DNA of 64,000 bases. Origin: Eledone cirrhosa. Taxonomy: Eukaryota. Shown here in pieces: positions 24,251-35,900 of this stretch. A program made the position numbers and the translations under genes. The notes under the pieces were generated by a model. That model worked only from the letters and a program-made list of their open reading frames with translations, was not told the origin of the DNA and did not search any database. Each line of letters opens with the position of its first letter. Within the stretch, counting starts at the first letter, position 1. Location: positions 176,452,001 to 176,516,000 of the forward strand of contig OZ024741.1 of the NCBI GenBank assembly GCA_964016885.1. The letters are read 5' to 3'.

Positions 24251-24503
24251 CTTCTTCTTCTTCTTCTTCTTATTATTATTATTATTATTATTATTGACGA
24301 AAGTGGATGTACGTTTTTTGAAGCTCCGTGAGTAAGCAATTTTTGAGGATTAATTGTAGAGAATTGTTTATTTTTTGTACCGCTGAAGCATTATAAGACA
24401 TTAATTTGTATCCTGTGAAGGAATAACTCATAATATTTGGGCCTTTTGGCCCAAATATTTGAACTTTATTTTGAAAAAAAAATAATTTTTTTCTCAAAAA
24501 AAC

Positions 24504-26414
24504 ATGGCGGAGCCACGCCCCCTAGAGGCGGGTCTGCTGTCGTGCAACGGCGACTTGAGCGTTGAGAGGAGAGGTGAGGCGAGGAGCGCCACCAGCACGA
24601 ATGTGAGCAGCGACAGTGCCAGCACCAACGGGCCGAGCGGCGCGGAAGGTGGTAACAGCGACAACACCAACACCAACAAGCCGAACAGCGCAGAAGGTGG
24701 TAATAGCGAGAGCACCAACAAAACGAACAGCACAGAGAGTAATAGTAGCGACAGCAACAGCACCAACAAGGCCAACAACACAGAGGGTAACCACGACACA
24801 GGGGAGAACAACAACAGCAATAGCAGCAGCAACACCAACAAGAACAACAACAGTGACAACACCAACAAGAACACCTTCGCTGCTGTGGCAGCGGCTAAAA
24901 GGAGACCATGCTACAGCATCGACTTAACCAACAGAGAGGAAAAGTTGGCCCAGGCCTGGAAAATCATAAATCAAGAGCAGACCTGGGCAAACTTAACTGT
25001 CCCGGCAGAAGCCATTGAGGCAGTGGAAAAAAGAACGGTGCATTTCAGATGCATCTCAGTAGAGACAAAGAGGGCAGCGATAATCGCCCAAGCTGACATA
25101 GAAGCCGCACTGAAATACATCAGAGAGGACACAGACTTCATAGAGAGGGGCAGGCAATACGGCACCGTTTCGGTGCTGTTCAAGTCTGAAGCCCTCGCTG
25201 TGAAGCATTCAATGACCCCTTGCAAAACCAGCAAGGTCATAATGTACCCCTCCCACATGGGAAAACGAATAGCACGTGTGCGCATTCCCAGGATTCCACC
25301 AGGACTTGATATGTGGTGGCTCCTGGGTTGCGTAATCGTGGAAGGAACGGATACAGTCCCGGTAGAGGCAACGAGAACTGCCAGGGACGACTGGTCCGGG
25401 GTTGATCTGGAGATACTGCTCCAAATCAGACCCGAAAACGTAAAAACAATCCCGGACCACATCCGCCTCCAAAACGGGAGGGTGTTGCATATAATGACTG
25501 AGGGCAAAAGGCCGCATTGTTTCCTTTGTGGGGAAACGACACACTTGCGAGCCTTCTGCCCTCAACTGCCGAAAAGCGCAAGGGGTCGAAAGATTCCACT
25601 GCTGGCGACGCCGGGACAAGGACCACCAGCAACACCGTCAACAATGGAACCACCAAAATTGCACACCCAGGGGGGAAACGAGGAAAGCTCTCCCATTCCC
25701 CCTCCCCCCCAAAATACACACACGAACAAGAACATAAACACTCACTCAGACACAAACACGCTCACAGCCACAGACCCCTCATCCTCCAGCAGTGAAGATG
25801 AGGGAAAACCAAAGTCCCCCAAAATACAAAAAACAAAACACAAAAAAAAAAGAAATCCACAAAGCACAAACACCCCCACAAAAAAAAATACACACACCAC
25901 CCACACAAACATTTTCCCCACAGCATCACCAACACAACCACCAAAATCCCCCAAACGCAAACAAGCTAAACAGACACAAGAACAAATAGACACACAAACA
26001 TCAGAAACTACAGACACCCCACCCACAACAAACGCAGACACAATAGAAATAACACTAACAAAGCTATCACCACCACAATCACACGAACAAATAAAACCCG
26101 AGCAACAAAACATTAAAAACTTCGTGCTTGCCAGAAGGGCCAACAAGGAATTGATGGCCCATGTAGCACGAAGCACAAACATCGAAAAAGACGGGGAAAC
26201 ATTTGAAGCGAGCACATTTCGCGTACCAGATAATTTGCTTCTGATGCGAATGTCGCTCGCTTCATACAAAGAAATTCGAAAGAGCTTTCCTCGGGATGTG
26301 GGAACCCCGAACGTAAAACCCACGTCAAGACTATTAAAGGGGTTCCCAAAAGAAACCCCACAAACCATGGAGGTCGAACCACCCAACCTTCACAAGACCC
26401 CGGAAGGTAAGTAA
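24504..26414 (+). CDS. Tx1-like ORF1 (gag-like nucleic-acid binding protein), 636 aa
   Basis: N/S/T low-complexity N-terminus, RRM-like middle, CX2CX4HX4C knuckle CFLCGETTHLRAFC, K/T/P-rich linker. Lies directly upstream of ORF2. Confidence 0.9.
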   Translation: MAEPRPLEAGLLSCNGDLSVERRGEARSATSTNVSSDSASTNGPSGAEGGNSDNTNTNKPNSAEGGNSESTNKTNSTESNSSDSNSTNKANNTEGNHDTGENNNSNSSSNTNKNNNSDNTNKNTFAAVAAAKRRPCYSIDLTNREEKLAQAWKIINQEQTWANLTVPAEAIEAVEKRTVHFRCISVETKRAAIIAQADIEAALKYIREDTDFIERGRQYGTVSVLFKSEALAVKHSMTPCKTSKVIMYPSHMGKRIARVRIPRIPPGLDMWWLLGCVIVEGTDTVPVEATRTARDDWSGVDLEILLQIRPENVKTIPDHIRLQNGRVLHIMTEGKRPHCFLCGETTHLRAFCPQLPKSARGRKIPLLATPGQGPPATPSTMEPPKLHTQGGNEESSPIPPPPQNTHTNKNINTHSDTNTLTATDPSSSSSEDEGKPKSPKIQKTKHKKKRNPQSTNTPTKKNTHTTHTNIFPTASPTQPPKSPKRKQAKQTQEQIDTQTSETTDTPPTTNADTIEITLTKLSPPQSHEQIKPEQQNIKNFVLARRANKELMAHVARSTNIEKDGETFEASTFRVPDNLLLMRMSLASYKEIRKSFPRDVGTPNVKPTSRLLKGFPKETPQTMEVEPPNLHKTPEGK

Positions 26415-26443
26415 ACCTTTCCTCTCCCATTCATCCTGCCAGC

Positions 26444-29400
26444 ATGGCCATAAGAGTAGGAAGTTTAAATGTTCGTGGCCTGGGGTCGCCCTGGAAGCAA
26501 GGTCACTTGCTCAACGACCTCAGGTCACTAGGAATGGATGTAATTGCCATCAGCGAGACCAGAATTTCCGACACACGCGCACTGGCGCCGATTTTCGACG
26601 ATTATCAGATCTTTGCATCTGTTAGTCGGCCGGGAATGGGAGGTGGAGTGGCTGTGCTGTTTAGGAAATGTCTGGATCTCGAGGTAAGGTCAATCTTCCG
26701 GGATCCTGACGGAAAGTTGGTGGTCCTGGACGTGAGCAATAGCGAAGGTGGTGCCTTTAGACTGGTGGCCGTCTACGCCCCTACTGGGGCCGGTCGGCCG
26801 GACTTCTTTAGGCGCCTGGAAAACTTTCTGCTTACGTCTCGCCCTTTACTGTTAATAGGGGATTGGAATGGCATCTTAGAAGCACGCTGGGATTGTGTGG
26901 GAGTATCTGATAGGAGCGGGGGGTGCAAAAGCCTCAAGTACCTGATCAGCCAGTTTCAACTGTCTGACAGGTACCGACTAGATTTCCCTAATGCGCCAGT
27001 ATGGACCTGGACCAATCGCATAGGGTCATCTAGATCGTACATAGATAGGATTTTCATTAGGAAAAGAGATAGAAATAGTGTAGGATGTCCACATTTTAAA
27101 ACGGTTGCCTATTCAGATCACAAGCTTGTGATCTGTATGGTCGACCTAGATAAGACACGTAGGTTAGGACCTAGCTACTGGAAGCTAAACATGTCGTTTC
27201 CGGCACGTAAAGCTTACAGGGACCGGGTCAACAACTTAGTTAAGCAAAAGTTGACAGGGGGGGTTGTCAACAACAGGTGGTGGGGGGCACTCAAAAGAGA
27301 GATTAGAGCAACCTCGATAGGATTTAGCAAAGAAGTAGCAATAGAGAAAAATAGAAAGGAGGAGGGGCTGATAGCTAAGTTAGACGAGGCTATTTGTAGT
27401 GGCATTGCAACAGACGTGCTAGCGGCGAGAATGGCACTAGACCATTTCTTCAATGCGAAACACGAAGGTTGCATTGTCAGAGCTAAGGCGCGTGCTCTGA
27501 GGAACGAGGGAACCAAAGCTGCCCGATGGGCTCGCTTTGCAGAGACGCAGCGTGGAAATAAAACCACAATTCGGTCTTTGACGGATCGAGATGGACACGA
27601 ACTGAGCGATTCCAAGCAGATGTGTGAGGTTTTCGCCAGCACTTTGCTCGATTGTTCGGGAGGATGGGTGAGTCGGAGACGGCGGCGGACTTCAGTCCCT
27701 ACCTCGACGGCTTGCCACGCCTCTCGACGGCCGACGCTGAGCGCTGCGAAGAGCCGATAACATCAGTCGAAATTCAGGACGCCCTTGTCGGCTGCTCGAG
27801 TCGCAAGTCACCCGGTTTGGATGGTCTGCCCTACGAGCTTTACGTAAATATGCCAGACTTGTTCTCCGATCTCCTCGAAGCGCTCTACTGCAACTGGCAG
27901 CAGAACGGGAGCATTCCCAGTTCTGTGAGCCGTGGCGTAGTGACGCTGATAAGGAAAGACGAGAACAAGAGGGACACACTAGATAATTTCAGGCCCATAA
28001 CCCTGCTCAACACAGAGTTTAAGATTTTGGCCAAGGTGTTAGCGAAAAGGTTGGCGCTTGTCGTCAAAGATTTGGTTGGGGAGGCGCAAACTTGCGCAAT
28101 CCCGACCAGGTCCATACACGACAACCTCCACCTCATGCGATACATCATAGAGAGGGTTGGGTGCAAACCTGGCTTCGGTGGGGCTCTGATCAATTTAGAT
28201 CAATCGAAAGCATTCGATAGGGTCGACCATCGGTACTTGGAGGCTGTCCTCGAGGCGGCTGGCTTCGGCCCCGTCTTCAGAAGCTGGATCGCTGCAATGT
28301 ACAGCGGCATCTGCTCGGTGGTCAAAGTTAATGGCCACCTCTCGGAACCGTTTCAGATCTCTCGATCGGTCCGTCAAGGGTGCCCTCTCTCCTCACTTCT
28401 GTACGTATTGACTCTTGAGCCTCTACTGCGGAAGCTGGAGTTGTTGCAGGGCATCCCGCTCGAACCGGGACGCAGAAAGGCTGCGTCCGCTTATGCGGAC
28501 GACATCACCGTGATGGTGTCGGACACCTCGGAAATCGAGGTGATCCGCACCCATTTGGAGGAATATGAAAGGTTGACGGGAGCAAAACTTAACCCGGAAA
28601 AGTCGGTGGGCTTGCAGCTCGGCACCTGGAGAGGCAAGTCCATGCCGTCCAACAGCGTCGTTGGGCGCTGGACAGACGGACCGGTAAAGTTGCTCGGGGT
28701 TTGGTTCGGACCAGACCTCCAGGTGGATAAGAATTGGGACGAGGTGACGAGCAGGATAGCCAACCTCACCCAGAAATGGGCTGAGAGAAAGCTATCACTG
28801 AAAGGGCGGGCGGAGGTGGCGAACGCGTACATCGCGTCCGTCATCTACTACCGCCTGACCGTCGTGCCTTGCCCCCGTCCACGCCTCGCCAATTTGGAAC
28901 GGCTCCTTTTCAAATTTTTGTGGAGGGGACGGGTCCCGTTGGTGAGGCGGTCCATCTGCTGCCAGCACCCTCTTCGTGGAGGGCTGGGCATGCCGTGGCT
29001 AATGATGCGCAGACATGCGCTGAGGCTGCGACATCTCCAGATATTTTGCCTAAACGGTGAACAGGTGTGGTCGCCGTTTGTTAGACGGGCCTTTCCGCAG
29101 CTCATCTCTTTGACTGAGCTGCAGTCCTGGGTCAAGAAGAGACCGAGACTGGGCGACTGGCATCTGGAATGTTGCCAGGCGCTCACTGCACTCTGCAAGG
29201 TGGGCAATGCGGTCAGTGGAACTTCCACTCAAGATTTCTATAGAGGATTAGTGGAGGGCAAGTGCGATGACGTACTAGGAGAGGCTCTGGGCGTCAACGA
29301 AGTAGAACTGACCAGTATGTTCCGGAGGACTTTCGAGCCGGGGACGATGGATAACTTCCAGAAATCCCTCGCTTGGCAGTGCTACCGGGGGGCGCTGCCG

Positions 29401-29862
29401 GTTCGGGATAAACTCTACAGGCACGGAAGTGCTGTCAGACGAACCTGCCCGAGATGCGCGCAGAGCGACGAAACCGTTCTGCACGCACTCGTCCAGTGTC
29501 CGTGCATTGCTGACTTGTGGGGTTATGTCGAACAGCTATTGTCGCGTGTAGAACGGATCCGGCTATCGTCCGAGTCCATAGTGAAGATTGACCCGCCGCC
29601 TTCTTTTGGTCAGGAAGGGCAGGCAATTTTCCTCTGCCTGGTGGCAGTAGCGAAAGAGGTTGCATGGTGGACCAGGTTGAAAGGACTGAAGACAGACACT
29701 TTTCTCTTCGGCCAATCCCTCATCAACTTCTTCAAGTTTCACTTGGAAAGGAAGGTGAGGGTGGAGAGAGAAGTGCTGCCCCCCAGTACATTTACTGAAA
29801 GGTGGGTGAATGTGGCGAGAATGGCCCGCGTGAGTGGGCCTACTCTGATCATGCGCCTGTAG
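26444..29862 (+). pseudogene. Tx1-like ORF2 (APE endonuclease - RT - zf-RVT) with one frameshift at ~27630
   Basis: SLNVRGL, ISETR, VYAP, IGDWN, SYIDRIF and SDH (APE); KSPGLDGLP, NFRPITLLN, LDQSKAFDRV, VRQGCPLS and YADD (RT); CPRC..ETVLHALVQC. Adding one T at 27630-27633 joins the 438-aa and 736-aa ORFs. Confidence 0.93.
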
Positions 29863-30136
29863 GCTGGTGAATTCGAGAAGGAGAGGGGTGCCCTTCCCGG
29901 GTGCCCTAGGAGCGTCGGGTGGTTCAGGACTGGTGGGGTGCTTGAGTCAACCCTGGGTGGTGATCCCTCTTATTGGGGAACTTTCATTGTTGTATTTTTA
30001 TTGTTATTTTGTTTTTTTGTTATTTATACTTACTCGATCTCTATGTAAACCCCCACTGTCCCTGTCTATTGTGTTGTCCCCTATATGTCGGCCCTTGTGG
30101 CCAATAAATGAAATCATTATTATTATTATTATTACT

Positions 30137-32924
30137 GTTCTTTGAATCTCAGTCATTGGTGTTATTTAACTGGAAAGTTTGTTGAAATGAATATCAAGCC
30201 ACTGCCTGCAACCTCAGATATTCAGGACGTATCGGAGGGTTCTTGCTGTTCCCAGCAAGCATGCCTTTGAAGTGTTCCAAAAAGCGGGGCGGAACCAATT
30301 TTCTTTAACCATCCTTGGAAACTCTTTGAGATAGTACCTAGTGCGCATATGACAGTCGGGTCCACTTTGACCCATGGCAGTTCCAAATCCTTTCTACCTC
30401 CCACATTAAGTCCTGGTATCGGTTAATTTCCCCCCTCTCCTTCTCTTGCCCTGTCATGTCGAATGGGCAGACTACATCCACAATCAGGCATGATCTTTTT
30501 CCCTTGTACAAAAACACCAGGTCAGGTCTATTGTGTTCCAGTTTCTTGTCCGTCTGTATCCTAAAATCCCACAGTACCTTTACCTGGCCTATGCTCATAC
30601 CACTTCTCAGAATGTGGTAAATTGTTTACTTTGCATAGGTGCCAGTGGATCACCCTGCCCGTCATGTCTCCAGCCTTTATAGTGAGTCTGGACTATGTGT
30701 TTACACTCGGATACAATGTGAGCCACAGTCTCCTATCTCTCTCCACAGATCCTACACAGTGGGCTAGCCTCCTTGTAATTATGGTGTTTGAGCCACTTCG
30801 TTTTGAGGGCCTGCTCTTGCGTAGCCATTAGCATTCCTTCTGTAGCCATTTTAAGATCTCTTTTCAACCAGTTCCATGTCTGTGGATCTCTAAATTCAGT
30901 TTTCTCAAAGAAGGCACTATGAAGGTTGCTCTTTCTCCTTGTTGTTATTTTGTTATTTCCTCCTTGCACAATCCCTGGTCTATTGTCCGCTCCTTCAGTA
31001 CAATTCTGAGCATTGTCTCCCTACTATCAGTCACGTATTTGCGTAGGTTGTTTTTCTCCATCTGAACACATTCCTCTATGCTGATAAGACCTCTTCCACC
31101 TTCAGATCTCCTTAAGTAGAGTCTATCAACATCACTACTTTTGTGGAACATGTTGTAGATAGTCAATAGCTTCCTAGTCTTCCTATCCATTTCGTTTTGT
31201 TCAGTAACATTCCATCTCAGAATCCCCGCACTGTACCTAATAATAGACACAGCTCGGGAATTTACTGCACTTATGGCATTCCTACTGTTCAGATGTGACT
31301 TTAGTACGCTCCTTACGCTCCGAATGTATTCAGATCTTAACAATTCCCTCATTTTTTTTGTCATTGATGCCATCAGCCTCCAGAACACCTAAATATCTGT
31401 ATCCCACTTCAGTATCAATTTCCTTTATCATCTCACCTGTTGGTACCTGGATTCCCTTGGTTCTGCTCAATTTACCCCTCTTCATCACAAGGACTCCACA
31501 CTTACTAATACGAAATTGCATACATATATCATTGCGCAAAATTCGGACAGTGTCAACAAGCACACCCAACTCCCTCTCACTCTTCCCGAAGAGCTTAAGA
31601 TCGTCCATGAATAGGAGTTGATTGATGGTAAGCTCTCCCTTTCCCAAATTGTATTCTGCTCTCACTTTTCGCAGTATAATAGTCAGGGAGATCAGGGCAA
31701 GGACAAACAACAGAGGGAAAAAACTATCTCCTTGGAAGATACCTCTCTTGATCCTCACGCCTCCCAAGGATTCTCCGCCCGATGTTAACTCTGTTTTCCA
31801 GGACTTCATACTCTTGCTCAACAACGGTCTGATGTTATCTGCTACCCTGAAGATCTCTAGGCTTTTGGTTATCCAAGAATGAGGTACCATGTCGAATGCC
31901 TTTTTGTAGTCTATCCATCCCATGGCAAGACCAATGTGTCTCCTTCTGCAATTCCTCATTACCATCTTATCAATAAGTAACTGGTCCTTTGTACCACGGG
32001 ACTTCTTTCAGCATCATTTCTGTTCGTCCGGTAACAAGTTGTTTATGTGGAGGTGATGGTAGATTTCCTTAGACACAATGCTTGTTAACAGTTTCCACAT
32101 TACGGACAGACATGTAATAGCTCTATAGTTGGTAACATCATTACCCTTGGTTCGGTCTTTCATCACCAGAACCGTGGTACCTTTTGTCAACCACTCTGGT
32201 ACCTCACCTGACATCAAGCAGTCATTGAACATGGTTGTCAGTTTCGGGTGGAGGGATGTTATATTTTTAATCCAATACCCCTGAACACCATCTGGGCCTG
32301 GTGATTTCCAGTTGGTTAGTTTTCTGGCCTGCCCCTTAAGAGTTTCAACTGTGATACTCAAATCAGTTTGTTGGTGTGCTTGTTCACTAAACTCCTTTTG
32401 TACTGTCTCAATCCACACTGCCTGATCATTATGTTCAACATCCTGCTCCCATATTCCTCTCCAGAATGTCTTAGTTTGTTCCGCCTCACGGATCAAGGCT
32501 TTGCCTCTTTCTTTCCCTTCAAGCTGTCCAAACAACATCTTCTGGTTGTTGTCAAACATGCGGTTCTGTCTATACTGACTGGTATCGCCTAATCTTTGCG
32601 CTCTTTGCTACAATGCGTTGCTTTAGTTCCTTTATGATAATATTTATCTTTTTCCTCCTAGTTTTATACTTTATTTCCAGTCTATTTTTACTGTCTATGT
32701 TCTGTAGGGTCCCATTCAGTAGGGACTTAAGCTTTCCAATGTCATTTCTCATTTCCCTGATTTGACCATTCAGTCGTTTCTTCCACCAATGTTCTGATCT
32801 TTCTTGTTTGTTGTTTCCTCTCGCTTTTATCCAAGTAATTTGCTCACCGTATTTAATGTTGCTTTGAGGATATTGTTGCGCTGGTGAAGGTTCCTCGCCT
32901 CAAGGTATGGGATGATTTTGTTTA
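30137..32924 (-). mobile_element. R4/Dong-clade LINE copy 2, 5' truncated and frameshifted
   Basis: [36 protein letters not shown] and HNRPDLV; closely similar to 38771-41610; truncated at a TTTA microhomology into (TTA)n. Confidence 0.95.
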
Positions 32925-32933
32925 TTATTATTA

Positions 32934-32965
<32 letters not shown>

Positions 32966-35900
32966 GGCGACCTACGTAGTAAATCGTATCATCGTGAGCT
33001 CCGCAAAGGTTTGTTATTTTCAGTTGTTTAAAATTGCCAGTCATGGAAAATTTTTATTGTTAACTATATATAAGTGCACATACATTTTTATCTGAAAAGG
33101 ACACCCAAAAAGATTGGGGCCTTGAGCCCAAAATTTAAACTTTTATAATTATCAAACAAAAATTGTTCTTTGAAAAATCATGGATGACTCAGAGTCACTC
33201 CTTCCTCACAGACTAAAACCTCACACCGCCACCACCATTGTAAATATTACTACGTTTGCCAACACTAAAAATATAAGCAGTACCAATATTTTAAATTTGT
33301 CTCAGGCAGACATTCATTCCCGCCATTACCAATGACTGCAGGTGTTAAAGCCACCACCACCGCGACAACAGAAACAAAAGAAAAAAATAAATTAACTCGT
33401 GATATCGAAATGAATTCAACCAAAATGAACTCTTCCACACCGAACACCACTGACGCCACCACCACCACAACTGAAACTAAAATTAATAATAACAAAAATA
33501 ACGATAACAACAACAGCAACAATGACATTAAGAAAACCACCCTGAGTTTTGCCAGAGTAGCAAAACAGTGCGAAGCATTTCAGGTAACTGAGGAGGAATT
33601 AGAAGAAGCTAAAAAGATGCTAAAGAAAGATGGGTACAGGGTCAGATCACACACCTAATAAAATGGAGCATCGGCGCCTATGCACCGTGTCTTATCGAAC
33701 AATTAATAAACAATCGCGCCGAGTGGAACGGGCATCCGAGTCCCAAATCGTAAAAGCTTTGGGACATGCGTGGGCAAAAAAAAACCCACATCAGACGTGG
33801 GCAGAAATATGGCACCGTGGACCTGTTCTTTGAAACACCACAGGAAGCTAGAGAACACTCCATGGCCCCATTAAGAAGTGACGACTTCACACTCGTCCCA
33901 AGCTATTGTGGTCTGAGACTCGTAAAGATCAGGTTGACCCACGTTCCACCGGCCATCGAAATTCCCTGGCTAATAGCTGCCGTTCAAGCCGGCATCGAAG
34001 CCAACACCAAGATAATCGAAATAGCGAAAGAAAAGCAGGCGAACTGGTCCGGATCAGGGATGGAGCTCCTGATCCAAGCGGACCAAAGAAGCATTGAGGA
34101 GATCCCAGAGGTTTAGACCTCACTGACGGCAGCGACCTCACCGTAATCGTCGAGGGCAGAAGGCCTAGGTGTGTCGTTTGTGGTGAAGGAACCCACCTAA
34201 GGGCTTTCTGCCCTCAGGCTAAAAGGTTGAGACCACCTCTATTATCCACTCCAGTGACTCAACCATCAACACCACCAGCAGCAGAGATGGCAGCAACAAC
34301 TGTAGCAGCAACAATAGAAGCAACTGTAACAGCAACAACCCCAGCAACAGTAGCAAAACCACCACCACCACCACGCAACGCTCCAGAACTAGCACCAGCG
34401 CTTACGCCATCCACCACGCCTCAACCAAAACCAACGCCTGTTGTGTATTTTCCACTCCCCGGCCTATCAAAACTGAAGACAGATTGTGACGACGAGGAGT
34501 GGGAAACTGTATCAGAAAAAATGGTAAAAAAGAAACCAAAAAAGAAAAAAATTCTCTCCCCCCCCCAAAAAAAAACAAACAAAAAAAAACAACAAAATAC
34601 AGAGGGAAACAAATAAACTATCAAACAAAAAAGTTAGGAGAGATATGCCACCAGCCACACCAGCATCACCAACCCTATCACCACAAACACCAACACCATT
34701 ACCATCATTAACCCCAACACCACCAACACCAACACCACAAAAGTCACCAAAAAGCGAAACAGAAACAAACACACAACAAACGCAAACAAAACAAAACGAT
34801 ACACACTACACAGCATTAAATTTGAACAACAATCAATTATTACACTACATCCAACAATACACCAGCATCACAGAAAAAGACTACACAACAACCCGAAAAT
34901 TCACACCACATCCACACATACAAATCACTCGCATCACACAGAAAACGTACATGACACTAAAACAAAAATTCCCCAAAGACATCGGAGACTTCCGACAAGC
35001 GCCCTCAATGAGAATTTATAAGGACATCCTTCATGAGGAGGCCACAAGCAGTGAAAAGGATTGAAAAAACGTCCTTCCTCTACGAGAAGTAAGGTAAGTG
35101 GTCTTTCCCATCTTTTCCACTCCTTTTCAACATGACCTCACTCAGAATAGGCAGCATAAATGCGCGTGGCTTGGGGTCGTCATGGAAGCAGGGCCACCTG
35201 CTCAACGACCTCAGGTCACTAAACATAGATGTAGTGGCCATCAGCGAGACCAGAATCTCCGAAGCACGGGCCTTCGCACTGATCTTCGGCGGATACGATG
35301 TGTACGCATCTCCCAGCCGTCCGGGATCGGGGGGTGGAGATTATGTGCTTTTTCGGAGAGGTTTGCCATACGGGCCATCTCCATGACCCAGAAGGTAAGT
35401 TGGTGGTGCTGGACGTGACCAGGTTAGTGGCCGCCTATGCCCCGACAGGAGCAGGGCGGCCTGATTTCTTCTGGCGTCAGGGGACCTTTCTTGGAACGTC
35501 CCGCTCTTTAGTGTTAGTGGGCGACTGGAACGGGATCTTAGATGCACGCTAGGATTGTGTGGGATTAGTGGATAGGGGAGGAGGGTGCAAGAGTCTCACC
35601 AACCTGCTCAGGCGTTTTGAACTGTCTGACAGGTACCGATTGGATTTCCCGAATGTTTAATGTGGACTTGGACAAATCGCATAGGGTCATCCAGATCATA
35701 TCTAGATAGAGTATTTTGTAGGGAAATAAATAGGTCTAGCATAGGCTGTCCACAATTCAAGATAGTCAGCTACACGGACCACAAATTCGTGATCTGTGTG
35801 CTTGACTTAGATAGGCTTCATAGTCGAGGACCCGGCTACTGGAAGCTAAACGCGTCCTTACCAGTGCGCAAGGCCTACAGAGACCGGATTAGCGAACTAG

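Larger units (their letters stand above)
24296..30115 (+). mobile_element. Tx1/L1-clade LINE, full-length copy 1
   Basis: 5'UTR, ORF1, ORF2 and 3'UTR with AATAAA (30103-30108); (TTA)n on both flanks. Confidence 0.95.

Noticed and set aside
24494-29665. Many antisense and alternate-frame ORFs overlapping LINE ORFs
   Set aside because: Shadow ORFs of GC-richer or low-complexity coding sequence; no motifs of their own.
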